DNA from: Minisyncoccota bacterium | GTDB lineage: Bacteria; Patescibacteriota; Minisyncoccia; Moranbacterales; GCA-2747515 | Length of the DNA: 64,000 nucleotides | Assembly: GCA_937936355.1 (NCBI GenBank) | Contig: CALDDM010000020.1 | Span: forward strand, 7,767-71,766 | Reading direction: 5' to 3' | Shown: piece after piece, positions 8,428 through 17,738 of the stretch | Numbering within the stretch: position 1 is the first letter of the stretch | Layout of the letters: the number at the start of each line of letters is the position of its first letter | Translations under genes and position numbers: made by a program | Notes under the pieces: generated by a model | Told to the model about the DNA's origin: nothing | The model's database searches: none | The model's input: the letters and a program-made list of their open reading frames with translations, nothing else

Positions 8428-9774
8428 ATGGTAAAAAAAGTAGTTAAGAAAAAAGTAAAGAAAAAAGATGTGAAAAAAGCAGTGACAAAAAAGACTGTTC
8501 GAAAGACAGCAAAGAAGACTGCTAAAAAAATATCAAAAAAAGCTGTGAGCAAATCCAAGAGGCAAGTAAAAAAGATAGCAAAGAAGACTACGAAGAAGGC
8601 TGTAAAGAAAGCTGCGAAAAAAGCGGTGAAGAAGGCTGCGAAGCGTGCGTCGCGAAAGAAGAAGAATGAAGCTTCATCGCCACTTGATGAGTTGCTGACA
8701 CAGTCACGCCAGAGAGGTTTTGTCACCGAGGATGAGATCATTCACGTGATGCCTCAGGTTGAGACCAATGTGGAACTTTTGGAGAAATTTTATGGAGACC
8801 TCGCAGACTTTGGCATTGACATCGTTGCTTCGGATAGTGTGTTACATGTAGCCAAAGACAAAGCAAAAGGTCCAAAAAAGAAAGCTGAGATTCAACGAAA
8901 GAAAGATGTTCTCCTCGTTGAGAAGGCAGCAGATGCTGAAGGGAATGCTGGAGATCTTGTTCAGATGTATCTCAAGGAAATTGGGCGAACACCTCTTCTA
9001 AAAGGTCCTGAAGAGGTAGAGCTTGCGAAGGCTATTGAGAAAGGTGATAAGGCTGCTAAGCAAAAATTGACCGAAGCTAATTTACGACTGGTTGTCTCTA
9101 TCGCAAAAAAGTATGTTGGACGTTCGACCACTCTTTCTCTCCTGGATTTGATTCAGGAAGGTAATATCGGTCTTTTTCGCGCAGTTGAGAAGTTTGACTA
9201 TACCAAGGGATACAAGTTTTCTACATATGCAACATGGTGGATTCGTCAGGCGATTACACGTGCACTTGCTGATCAATCGCGAACCATTCGTATTCCAGTG
9301 CATATGGTAGAGACGATTAACAAATACATGCAAATTGTCAGGCGACTCGTGCAGGAGTTGGGTCGTGAGCCGCTTGCTGAGGAGGTTGCCGCTGAAATGG
9401 ACTTGCCAGTAGAAAAGGTGCGTAATATTCAAAAAATCTCACAGGAAACTGTCTCGCTTGAAACGTCTGTTGGTACCGATGATGATGATAGTGTTCTGGG
9501 TGACTTTATCGAGGATACAGATATGATTATGCCAAATCAAAGCGCATCGCAACTTCTTCTGTCCGAGCATGTTACAGAAGTCTTGGACGAACTTTCACCA
9601 CGTGAGCAAAAAATTCTCAAAATTCGCTTTGGTCTTGATGATGGCGTGACACATACACTTGAAGAAGTTGGTCAGGAGTTTGGTGTAACGAGGGAGCGTA
9701 TCCGTCAGATCGAGGCAAAAGCGCTTGAAAAGGTACGTCGTCATCATATTGTTGAAAAACTTCGTGACTACTAA
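8428..9774 (+). CDS. rpoD: RNA polymerase primary sigma factor with a Lys/Ala-rich N-terminal extension
   Basis: Region 2 [26 protein letters not shown] and region 4 [19 protein letters not shown]. About 80 aa of [10 protein letters not shown] repeats at the N-terminus. Confidence 0.97.
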   Translation: MVKKVVKKKVKKKDVKKAVTKKTVRKTAKKTAKKISKKAVSKSKRQVKKIAKKTTKKAVKKAAKKAVKKAAKRASRKKKNEASSPLDELLTQSRQRGFVTEDEIIHVMPQVETNVELLEKFYGDLADFGIDIVASDSVLHVAKDKAKGPKKKAEIQRKKDVLLVEKAADAEGNAGDLVQMYLKEIGRTPLLKGPEEVELAKAIEKGDKAAKQKLTEANLRLVVSIAKKYVGRSTTLSLLDLIQEGNIGLFRAVEKFDYTKGYKFSTYATWWIRQAITRALADQSRTIRIPVHMVETINKYMQIVRRLVQELGREPLAEEVAAEMDLPVEKVRNIQKISQETVSLETSVGTDDDDSVLGDFIEDTDMIMPNQSASQLLLSEHVTEVLDELSPREQKILKIRFGLDDGVTHTLEEVGQEFGVTRERIRQIEAKALEKVRRHHIVEKLRDY

Positions 9775-9871
9775 GGACTTGTCCTATAGGAAAAGCAGAC
9801 GAAGTGCGATATCATATATGTACGAGTGTGATTTTTCACATTCGCGGGTGATATAAGCAGTAAAAAAACTT

Positions 9872-9991
9872 ATGTCAGCAATTCTCAGTCTGGCTACATT
9901 CTTTGGAAGGTGCCCGAGGTGCACTTCGTGGAATACCTATGCCTGGAGTAGCCATAAATCGGGATGCAATTCCTGTAGGAACTCATTTTAG
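9872..9991 (+). CDS. tiny zinc-ribbon-like ORF (hypothetical)
   Basis: 39 aa with CPRC..CNSC, followed by a terminator at about 10010-10042. Below the ORF-track size cutoff. Confidence 0.3.
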   Translation: MSAILSLATFFGRCPRCTSWNTYAWSSHKSGCNSCRNSF

Positions 9992-10009
9992 GAATTGTTA
10001 TACCCAACA

Positions 10010-10042
10010 AAAAGCCACTTGCATGAAAGATAGTGGTTTTTT
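10010..10042 (+). terminator. rho-independent terminator
   Basis: AAAAGCCACT..AGTGGTTTTTTG. Confidence 0.6.
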
Positions 10043-10118
10043 GTTACATTTTCTCAAAGATTGATTTCTTGTAGGTCTTGCGCTATAATCATCCTTGTAC
10101 ATAGTAAATATGTGCTAT

Positions 10119-10190
10119 TCCGCGGTAGCTCAGTGGTAGAGCAGTTGGCTGTTAACCAATTGGTCATAGGTTCGAATCCTATTCGCGGAG
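10119..10190 (+). tRNA. trnN: tRNA-Asn (anticodon GUU)
   Basis: TCCGCGG..GGCTGTTAACC..ATAGGTTCGAATCCTAT-TCGCGGA-G. Its last 12 nt overlap the stop and final codons of the minus-strand recombinase. Coordinates anchored on the ORF-track stop at 10179 (+/-1). Confidence 0.9.
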
Positions 10191-11792
10191 CAACATAGGA
10201 TTTTTGGCATGTATTTTGTCAAAAGTCCTTTTGTTTAGAGAAAAAACAGGTTCCAACCTTACATTATGCTCGTCCATTACCTTGCATGACTGTTGGATAG
10301 CGTATAATTGCTTTTTTGGCTCTATAACAACCTTTTTATCTAGGATGTAGCGGTTCCAACCTAAGTCCTTGATGACAGATCTTTTTGTAGGCGTGTCACC
10401 ATCCTTGAAGCGTTTTTTAGCAAACTCAGCAAAATCTAGATGCTCTTCAAGCTCCTCGATATAGGTTGTAGGTTCTTGCTCTAGACTTGTGAGTGACTTT
10501 TCAATCTTCGCTTTCTTTATTTCCATCTCTGACTGTTTCTTGCTAAACGCTTCTTTGGTAAGCTCGCCATCACTGCGCATATCAATGAGCTTACTAATCT
10601 GATTATCGATTTTGATAATTTGCTTTCGCATTGCATCTTTCTCTGACTCTTGGAGATCGCCTTTCTCTTCAAGTTTCTCTTTTGCTCGCTCTACAGCCCA
10701 CTGGGTAAACTCTGGTGGGATCCAAATGTCACCAAGCATCTTCTCAACCTTATCTTCGATGTCGCTCTCATGCACAGATCCCTGTGAGCATTTATATGAC
10801 TTAGATTTCTTTGTGCAGACATAGAATTTATACTCATGCACGTTGCCATTCTTTTGTTTCTTGGTTTTGTTGTGACCAGTGATGCCCATGTCGCACTCAC
10901 CACAGGCGAAAAGTTTCTTGTAGGGGAGATTATCGACCTTTACTTGGCTTGTTGGGGGTTTTTCGGAAAAGATCCCTTGAAGTTTTTCATATTCTCGCCA
11001 CGTAATCATTTTTTCATGTTTTCCTATATGCCAATTCCCAGATCCTTCTGGATACTCAAATTTTCCTGCATAGAAGGGTAGGGTAAAGATTTTATACAAA
11101 GTAGATCGTGAAAGTGGCTTGCGAGTCTTTGGGTTGATAAGCACACCTTTCTCCTGACTCTCTTTGAAGAGTTGTGCGATTGTTACCTCCTCATCAAGGA
11201 GTCGTCTGAAATATCCTTGAATGATAGGAAAAGCGATCGGATCCTTTTCGATAATTTTGAAACCCTTCTCCTTATCTGGCGTTGAGAGATAGCCTGGCAA
11301 GGCATGACCAGGACGCCACCCTTTCTCTGCCTTTTGAGAGAGTCCACGCTTTACGTCCTCACTTAATTCTTTGATAAATTGGTTTGCCATACCAAGCTCA
11401 ACTGCCATCATGAGAACGTTGTCAGTAGGATAGTAGCTTCTTCCAGGTGTTGAGATATGAGAAATGATGCTTTGCTGGATGTGCCAACTTACCTTTCCGC
11501 CATCGATAGGATTACGAGCGAGGCGATTAAGTTTCCAGCAGAGAATGCCATCTGCCTCACCTTTCTCGATACGAATGATCATCTCATTGAAAACTTCACG
11601 ACCAGGTGCTTTGGCAGATCGTGCTTCGCTAAGAATATCAAGAATTTCCAATCCTTCGTCTGTAGCAAACTTTTTCAGTGCAGTGATCTGATCGTTGATT
11701 GAAGCCATTTGACGATCTTCACTCTCGGATGACTTGCGAGCATACAGAAAGTATTTTTTTGCTTTCTTCATATATTTGATATTACCTCTCAC
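10179..11792 (-). CDS. large serine recombinase (resolvase/invertase N-domain, recombinase domain, zinc ribbon, coiled coil)
   Basis: YARKSSESEDRQ..SINDQ catalytic-Ser region, WKLNRLARN, CGECDMG..FYVCTKK zinc ribbon. ATG 11771 (MKKAKKYF) is the likelier start. Paralog of 24917-26557. Confidence 0.9.
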   Translation of the reverse strand: MRGNIKYMKKAKKYFLYARKSSESEDRQMASINDQITALKKFATDEGLEILDILSEARSAKAPGREVFNEMIIRIEKGEADGILCWKLNRLARNPIDGGKVSWHIQQSIISHISTPGRSYYPTDNVLMMAVELGMANQFIKELSEDVKRGLSQKAEKGWRPGHALPGYLSTPDKEKGFKIIEKDPIAFPIIQGYFRRLLDEEVTIAQLFKESQEKGVLINPKTRKPLSRSTLYKIFTLPFYAGKFEYPEGSGNWHIGKHEKMITWREYEKLQGIFSEKPPTSQVKVDNLPYKKLFACGECDMGITGHNKTKKQKNGNVHEYKFYVCTKKSKSYKCSQGSVHESDIEDKVEKMLGDIWIPPEFTQWAVERAKEKLEEKGDLQESEKDAMRKQIIKIDNQISKLIDMRSDGELTKEAFSKKQSEMEIKKAKIEKSLTSLEQEPTTYIEELEEHLDFAEFAKKRFKDGDTPTKRSVIKDLGWNRYILDKKVVIEPKKQLYAIQQSCKVMDEHNVRLEPVFSLNKRTFDKIHAKNPMLLRE

Positions 11793-11914
11793 TTAGCGGA
11801 TAGTCTGACTTACCCAGTCCACACAAAGGCGAAATGGCAGACTACCCACGAAGTGAGGCAATAAAAAATGCCATTGTATATTTAGACTAGGTAAGTAATT
11901 ACATTATACCATGC

Positions 11915-12052
11915 TTATCGGTAGTCTTCTGAGACTAAATCCACGATGAAATCTGAGTAGTATTCAAGAATATCAAACAACTCCTCATCCGTAAGGATGA
12001 TCTCATACTTCTTGCGAAGCAAGAAATTGAGTTGTTTGATATCGCTATTCAT
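11915..12052 (-). CDS. 45-aa protein conserved upstream of both recombinases (candidate directionality/accessory factor)
   Basis: Own translation MNSDIKQLNFLLRKKYEIILTDEELF... aligns by eye with the 50-aa ORF 26596-26748 (IKQ, L(T/D)DE). Same position in both elements. Confidence 0.4.
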   Translation of the reverse strand: MNSDIKQLNFLLRKKYEIILTDEELFDILEYYSDFIVDLVSEDYR

Positions 12053-12099
12053 TTTTTTAATTCCTGTGGTAAGTCATGATTTTTGAGTTCGAATATCAA

Positions 12100-12345
12100 C
12101 TAGTGAAGGTCATGCTTGTACACAAGGTGCTCGATGTAGCCCATTGCAGTTTCAATACTTTTAAAACGCAAATAACCTCCAGTGCAATTTTCCACATACT
12201 CTCCGTCAAGGGTATCTACTACGATGTACCTCTCAATTTTTTTCTCGTCATATTTAGATTTTTCATCTGGTTTTTTATCTTTATCTAATTCATATACAGT
12301 TGAATGACTCACTTCAACAAGGATTTCATAGTTTAGGTAGATCAT
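12100..12345 (-). CDS. hypothetical protein (element 1)
   Basis: 81 aa, tightly packed in the minus-strand operon. Confidence 0.5.
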   Translation of the reverse strand: MIYLNYEILVEVSHSTVYELDKDKKPDEKSKYDEKKIERYIVVDTLDGEYVENCTGGYLRFKSIETAMGYIEHLVYKHDLH

Positions 12346-12442
12346 AATTTTAGTAGTTAGTTATTATACGCAGTTTAAAAATACTTGTGGTTCAAATAGC
12401 TAATACACAAATATCAACCGAAATACATAGGGATAGCACATT

Positions 12443-13021
12443 TTATTCAAGTTTTATGGGGCGTTCTGATGAACCTGGCTCACCTATGAGCTTTAAGTAT
12501 CGGAGGTACTGTTTTGTGGGTTTTCCCTGGTAATACTCTTTTTTGACTCGCTTTTCGTAGTATCTGTCTGCCTTATCAAGCTGATCAAGACCTGATAGAA
12601 ACGTGTTCTTCGAAGGTTTTTTCTCGTTGCAACTCTCGTAGGTCAGATTATGGCAAGAGCGACACCGAAAGCGTGAGTCACGAAGGTAGAGGGTGTACAC
12701 TTTTTTCCCACAAAAGCTTCCATTTTCTTTGCGTCCGCATTGTAAGAACCATCTCTCGTTGCCAAAATGGCACTTCTGAGGAACGAGGTTAAGTTTGTAG
12801 TTCATGGAGTAAAAGTGCTCGCCACTGTGAAGAATATCGTAGCGAAAACTGATAAATGGATGCGGTAAGACCGTGTTGACTTTAACGCTAATTTCATCTG
12901 TATTGCAGTCAGACCAACTTATCTGAAAAGACGCTTCCTGATTTAGATTTAGCAGTCCATTTTCGGCGAGAAACTTGATGGAAATCGATCGCCTTTGATT
13001 TTCAATAAGAGATTTGCTCAT
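12443..13021 (-). CDS. hypothetical Cys-rich (zinc-finger-like) protein
   Basis: 192 aa with CHFG..C..CGKK..CRSCHN. Starts 5 nt after the upstream gene stop. Confidence 0.55.
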   Translation of the reverse strand: MSKSLIENQRRSISIKFLAENGLLNLNQEASFQISWSDCNTDEISVKVNTVLPHPFISFRYDILHSGEHFYSMNYKLNLVPQKCHFGNERWFLQCGRKENGSFCGKKVYTLYLRDSRFRCRSCHNLTYESCNEKKPSKNTFLSGLDQLDKADRYYEKRVKKEYYQGKPTKQYLRYLKLIGEPGSSERPIKLE

Positions 13022-13025
13022 AGAT

Positions 13026-14360
13026 TTAGTCGATTATGGGTATCTCATCAACGTACACATCATGCACATCGTACACATCATGCATCGTCTCATCGGTAAT
13101 GCCGTAGCGCTCTTTCCACATTTCGATCCTTTTTTCATTCAGTACAAAATTGATCACGATACCTTTGCTGATCCTCCTTGTTTGGAGTCTCAGTTTTTCT
13201 TTTAAACAATATCCAACTTTTCGAGGTGTGAGCTGGTCCCTTTCGTCATAATTTCGATTAACACAGTCTGTTATATCCTTGATGAGAACCTCTGGTAGAT
13301 TGCTATGAGTTCTTAGGTGGAGAATTGCCATAACAATGTCGCATTCCCACGACATATCTCGATGCTGAATAAGCGCATCATTGTACTGTGTGATAAACTC
13401 CGTTAAATCATTTCGTACATCAGGGCTCTTAATGATTGAGAATAGTGGGAGGACAATTTGTTGTAGGCGGGGATGTACGTCAGCAACAAGATCCTGAGAA
13501 AAGTTCATATCCTGAAAATAGTGATCCATCCGCCACTTGAGGAGTTTATTCCTTAGATTGAGACTTTCTTTGTAAAAATTATCATTAAGAGTTCGAGGTA
13601 TATCATCTCGTACCTTCCTTTCGCCCATCTCTTCCACAAGAAATCTACTTTCCAATGCTGTGTCAGCGTATCTTTCTCGTGTTGCGATAATTTTTGGACA
13701 AAATACGTCGAATGATTTTACATCAAAGGTTCCTTTACCTTCAGTTTTCAAGACAGGAACATTTTTTTGATAGCCAGAGTTTAAGACTTTGACCATATCA
13801 GTGGTCATATCAGAGGATCGTAAATCTGCCTCATCGACTATAAGCGTCCCCTTGAACTGTTGGATGATGCGAAATATGGGGCTAGAAGACGTTGCGCCAC
13901 CTGTAAACATTGGCTTGTAACAAACATTGCCGATGGTTTGTAAAAAACGAGATTTCCCACTTCCATAGTCACCCATTGCCCTGAGATATGGGATATCGTT
14001 GAATTTTTCGTAGAGCCATGTAAAGAGAACGTAATACGTTGCGATTTGCTCGTAAACTGGAGAGACATCGAGGTATTTGTGGATGTAATTTTTAATCTCT
14101 AGAAGCAATTCTTGCTCACTCCCATAGTCTTCTAGGCGCGAAGGCAGGCGAACTACATTGCACTCTAATAGGTTATGCTTACTGCTCATAGGGATATATG
14201 TCTCTTCATCAATTTCAACCTCTCTCAGGTTGGTTTTGAGAGCTCCAGAGCGGTTTATAGAGACAAACGACGTTGCTCTTGTCTTTTGATCAAAGACCAT
14301 TTCGTAAAGTGTGTTATGCGATCGTATGCAGGTTGTAGATATTGGCTTTTTTTCATTCAT
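13026..14360 (-). CDS. P-loop NTPase, putative element replication/helicase-like ATPase
   Basis: Walker A GDYGSGKS, Walker B LIVDEAD. C-terminal HDVYDVHDVYVDEI repeat. Confidence 0.55.
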   Translation of the reverse strand: MNEKKPISTTCIRSHNTLYEMVFDQKTRATSFVSINRSGALKTNLREVEIDEETYIPMSSKHNLLECNVVRLPSRLEDYGSEQELLLEIKNYIHKYLDVSPVYEQIATYYVLFTWLYEKFNDIPYLRAMGDYGSGKSRFLQTIGNVCYKPMFTGGATSSSPIFRIIQQFKGTLIVDEADLRSSDMTTDMVKVLNSGYQKNVPVLKTEGKGTFDVKSFDVFCPKIIATRERYADTALESRFLVEEMGERKVRDDIPRTLNDNFYKESLNLRNKLLKWRMDHYFQDMNFSQDLVADVHPRLQQIVLPLFSIIKSPDVRNDLTEFITQYNDALIQHRDMSWECDIVMAILHLRTHSNLPEVLIKDITDCVNRNYDERDQLTPRKVGYCLKEKLRLQTRRISKGIVINFVLNEKRIEMWKERYGITDETMHDVYDVHDVYVDEIPIID

Positions 14361-14391
14361 ATTTGTTCATTTACATTGTTATTTTCTTTAT

Positions 14392-14658
14392 TTATCTCTT
14401 CATGCTGTAGATGCGAGATTTGAGATTTTTGCGAGTATTCGAGTATTTGAGAGGTGGAACTTTTATGGTGTCGTCCCAAAACTTCGAAACAATTTTTGAT
14501 ATTCTGGCATTAGCCTCAAAATGGAACATTGCTCGATTGCCAGTCAGTGAAATTTTCATTAAGGAACAATTCTCACAAATCAGTGTTGAGGCAAGATCCA
14601 AGTCGTGAGTTTGATACGCCGCAGAAACCTGTGATCGTTCATTTTTTTTCATACGCAT
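14392..14658 (-). CDS. small phage/plasmid-type protein (DUF5659-like by recollection)
   Basis: 88 aa. The THDLDLASTLI..FHFE pattern recalls DUF5659. Not searchable here. Confidence 0.35.
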   Translation of the reverse strand: MRMKKNERSQVSAAYQTHDLDLASTLICENCSLMKISLTGNRAMFHFEANARISKIVSKFWDDTIKVPPLKYSNTRKNLKSRIYSMKR

Positions 14659-14783
14659 TGATAAATTGATTAAGAAAACATGTTTATGTTCTATATCATG
14701 TCATCCCACGCAGTTGGGAAGCAAAATAAAAAAAGCCCATAGAATTGGGCTTTTGTCTCTCAAGTAAGAGATCTGCGTGGGGG

Positions 14784-15860
14784 CTATGTGGGATCTTTAT
14801 ATAAATGTCGGTACTTAGAGTTGACATTTACAAATAAGATAGTCTTAACTTCGACTTTATGTGTAAACTCTATCTTTTCTTTGTTTAGTGATTTTTGAAC
14901 TATTTGCTTTTTCTGTAAGCTATTTTCTCTCATATATTTTTTGATAGAAGTGCGTTCATAAAATTCGTTATTGATGCTACGAACAACATTATGATCATAG
15001 TCACACAGAGAACTCTGTGAATTTTTTGCCAACATAAATAAGCTTTTCATATATGTTTCTGATTTATTCCAAGTCAGGTTGATAGGAATTGGTTTTTCAA
15101 AAACTTCATCCAAAACAATGTATACTCGCCCTTTAGGGTTTGTCGATATATGAACGAAAGTTATTGACTCTAGATGGCGTTTTTTAGTGCATTTTACGGG
15201 GACGCTAAAATCATCTTTTTTAGCAACTCCTATAGGTGTTTCAGTTAAGTAAGAAATTTCGTCTATTAAGGACTGATGATTGTGTATCTCTACTTTTATC
15301 AGCGAGGCTTTAGGCTTAAATTTTTCGACTTTGAAAAGTAAATTCTTGAATGATTTAGCTGGATCATATTTTTTTGATGTCCCTAATTTTGCCATTGAGA
15401 GCGAAGTGAAAGGGCGTTTATAGGCAGTCCACTTGATCGCGCCATTAAGAGTAATATCTTCTATGATTTCGAGGAGTGTGATGTACAAATCTTCATGACT
15501 TTTCTTGTCTAAATTTGGTGATTTGAAATAGCTATTGATAAGTTTGATCATTTGATCTGTGAGTACCCACAATTCAGCCACATCCTTTTCCTCATCAAGT
15601 CTTATATTGAAAAGGTCTTTATAGTCTGAAATCCAAAAGGTGTGCCCTTCCTTACGATCAATATGAATGTAGTTTTCCTCAGCCAGTTTTAAGACAATAC
15701 TTTTTTGATCATCTGGAGAAAAGTCGTAACTAACGGAGTCATCACGCACGATAAATCCGCTACAATAGTAGCGCACAGATCGTTTTGGATTTATCGCAAA
15801 AACTCCGTCGATATCTCGCTTTACATATTCGATTTTCTCTTCCGGGCTCATATATTTCAT
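14784..15860 (-). CDS. hypothetical protein (element 1)
   Basis: 358 aa. Hairpin AAAAAGCCCA..TGGGCTTTT downstream at about 14739-14757. Confidence 0.6.
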   Translation of the reverse strand: MKYMSPEEKIEYVKRDIDGVFAINPKRSVRYYCSGFIVRDDSVSYDFSPDDQKSIVLKLAEENYIHIDRKEGHTFWISDYKDLFNIRLDEEKDVAELWVLTDQMIKLINSYFKSPNLDKKSHEDLYITLLEIIEDITLNGAIKWTAYKRPFTSLSMAKLGTSKKYDPAKSFKNLLFKVEKFKPKASLIKVEIHNHQSLIDEISYLTETPIGVAKKDDFSVPVKCTKKRHLESITFVHISTNPKGRVYIVLDEVFEKPIPINLTWNKSETYMKSLFMLAKNSQSSLCDYDHNVVRSINNEFYERTSIKKYMRENSLQKKQIVQKSLNKEKIEFTHKVEVKTILFVNVNSKYRHLYKDPT

Positions 15861-16074
15861 CTACATGTACATAGTGTACATTGTGAACGTCTAGAGGGTA
15901 GATGTCAAAATATAGAAACCGAAATCTGGACTGGATCTTGAAAATATCATGATGAAATGCTAGTCTGAAAGTACAACTTAGCGAGCCCAACCGCCTATAT
16001 GGTGAGTGGTTCAAAAAAACCGACTAAAGTGAAAAACTCCTTGTGAGGGTTACTTTAGTCGGTCATATCCAGGA

Positions 16075-16494
16075 ATGGGTATGGAGCTAGCAATAGCTCG
16101 CCTTGCAGGGAGCTTTTTGTTTTTAAGAAAAAATATGTTCAAAAGACTTCGACTGATTTTAAGTGTTATTCTCATACTGTTGATTGTGTATACGACAATC
16201 CTCTACTTCATCGATCGATCAGCATTTCAAGCAATGAGAGATCATGATGAACTTTGCACAGACTATTTGGAAAGTGTTGATCAGTATTGGTCATCCGATC
16301 GAGATGATTGGTACAAAGAAAACTGCGAGCTAGATGGATCAAGGTATTCAGTTGCAGACTCCAAAACAACACGTTGGAAAGTAGTAGGTGCTAATCTGGA
16401 TAACGCTATAGCATATATTATGTATGTTGTCGGAGGGTTTATCATGCTCTACGTTGGTAAATGGATCGTCGCAGGAAAAGAAGAAAAGTATTGA
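16075..16494 (+). CDS. membrane protein, hypothetical
   Basis: 139 aa with N- and C-terminal hydrophobic helices. Alternative start ATG 16135. Confidence 0.5.
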   Translation: MGMELAIARLAGSFLFLRKNMFKRLRLILSVILILLIVYTTILYFIDRSAFQAMRDHDELCTDYLESVDQYWSSDRDDWYKENCELDGSRYSVADSKTTRWKVVGANLDNAIAYIMYVVGGFIMLYVGKWIVAGKEEKY

Positions 16495-16512
16495 TTTTAA
16501 GCCAAAAAAATG

Positions 16513-16578
16513 CTATACTGTGTATGTAAGTTAACAGCAAAACGTCAGTGCTGACGTTAACTGCACAGTATAGTTTTT
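16513..16578 (+). terminator. long nested hairpin terminator
   Basis: CTATACTGTG..(ACGTCAG-TG-CTGACGT)..CACAGTATAG followed by TTTTT. Confidence 0.65.
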
Positions 16579-16591
16579 CTCAAAAAAGATG

Positions 16592-16674
16592 GGTTCCTGG
16601 GAAATCTGCATGGACACCTTACGAACTATACTACTAACCCTACAAAGCGGTTGGGAGATTTCACCCAGTCACGA
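16592..16674. repeat. internal junction: degenerate M2-type arm followed by an M1-orientation arm
   Basis: CCTGGGAAAT...TTACGAACTAT (16592-16629), then GGTTGGGAGATTTCACCCAGTCACGA (16649-16674). CCCAGTCACGA is the exact reverse complement of TCGTGACTGGG in the 19827 and 30828 arms. Confidence 0.45.
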
Positions 16675-16790
16675 GGTATAAATCGTGAGGAGAGTTTAAG
16701 TACTCTTTATGTGTGAAAACTCTCAGTCGCTTTTTTGTGTGGTCGGTCCCAAAGAAGTGACCACCACATAAGCTAGTCAAAGAAAATACT

Positions 16791-17582
16791 ATGGAAAAAA
16801 AGATCAAAACATACACATACACAGATAGAGATGGCATGACACACAAAGCCAGTTTCCTCCCGGAAAATCTCTCATTTGCTATGGGTGAGGCAAAGGCATT
16901 GGGAGCAACCAAAATGGCAGACATCGAGACAGGTGACACGATCACATTTCAAAAATCACACACGTCTATCTACACGCCAAAGATCCAAAAGGCAATCAGA
17001 TTTGCTACAAGGGTCCATGAGGTAGACCAAAAGCAAAAAAGAAAAGGCAAAGATGAAGCATATATCTCACACCCTCTCATAGTAGGACTCATACTATCAC
17101 GAGCCACAGACGATGAAGATGTTATCACAGCAGGCATTCTTCATGACACAGTTGAGGATTGTCATCCAGATCACCCAGTTACACTTGAAATGATCGAAAA
17201 AGAGTTTGGTCCCAGAGTCGCAGATCTCGCCGTAAGCGTCACAGAAGAAAACCCAGACGCGTCATACGATGAAAGAAAGAAGCGAGCACTTGATCATGTT
17301 GCTCACATGACAGAGGATCAGATCCTTATAAAATCAGCGGATGTGATTGCCAATATGACAGAATTCATTCATGACTATGAGGAGATTGGAGATCAAGTTT
17401 TTGAAAGGTTTAACACGGATAAATTCAGTAAAATTAAAACACAACTATGGATGCTTTATGCTCTAATTGAAGGATGGTTCAAAAATCCACTCACCAATGA
17501 TCTCTCTAGTATGGTGCCGAAAATCTATGACATAGGCGGTACTAAGTTCATGAGAGAGTATCCTGCTCAGAGGTATAAATAG
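16791..17582 (+). CDS. HD-domain (p)ppGpp/alarmone hydrolase, SpoT/Mesh1-like (small alarmone hydrolase)
   Basis: RFATRVHEVDQKQKRKGKDEAYISHPL, GILHDTVEDC, ERKKRALDH. No synthetase domain. Confidence 0.75.
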   Translation: MEKKIKTYTYTDRDGMTHKASFLPENLSFAMGEAKALGATKMADIETGDTITFQKSHTSIYTPKIQKAIRFATRVHEVDQKQKRKGKDEAYISHPLIVGLILSRATDDEDVITAGILHDTVEDCHPDHPVTLEMIEKEFGPRVADLAVSVTEENPDASYDERKKRALDHVAHMTEDQILIKSADVIANMTEFIHDYEEIGDQVFERFNTDKFSKIKTQLWMLYALIEGWFKNPLTNDLSSMVPKIYDIGGTKFMREYPAQRYK

Positions 17583-17738
17583 AAAGTCTTTCACAGTACC
17601 TTGTATGCTACTAAGAAGGCAAATTATAGGGGTTCCTATGAAAATAGTTTGTAGCTTGAGTTATTCCACGACTAAGCAGCAAACATGATACAATCAAATT
17701 TGCGGGTAATTTTTATAGAAACTTTCGAAACTATTTGA

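Noticed and set aside
8337-8741. A 134-aa minus-strand ORF antisense to the rpoD N-terminus.
   Set aside because: It is an artefact of the Lys-codon (AAR) repeat read as Phe-rich antisense. rpoD on the plus strand is unambiguous. Many other short antisense ORFs inside dnaG, the RND gene, the recombinases and the DEAD-box gene were dismissed for the same reason.
13040-13085. Short tandem repeats, checked as a possible CRISPR or iteron array.
   Set aside because: There are only two units of about 17 bp, they lie inside the coding sequence (HDVYDVHDVY), and there are no spacers. I saw no CRISPR array anywhere in the window.
14704-14781. A 9-bp inverted repeat (CCCACGCAG / CTGCGTGGG) flanking the terminator between two element-1 genes.
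   Set aside because: It is a single occurrence that could be an extended terminator stem. There is no second copy or associated function to support a recombination-site or riboregulator call.
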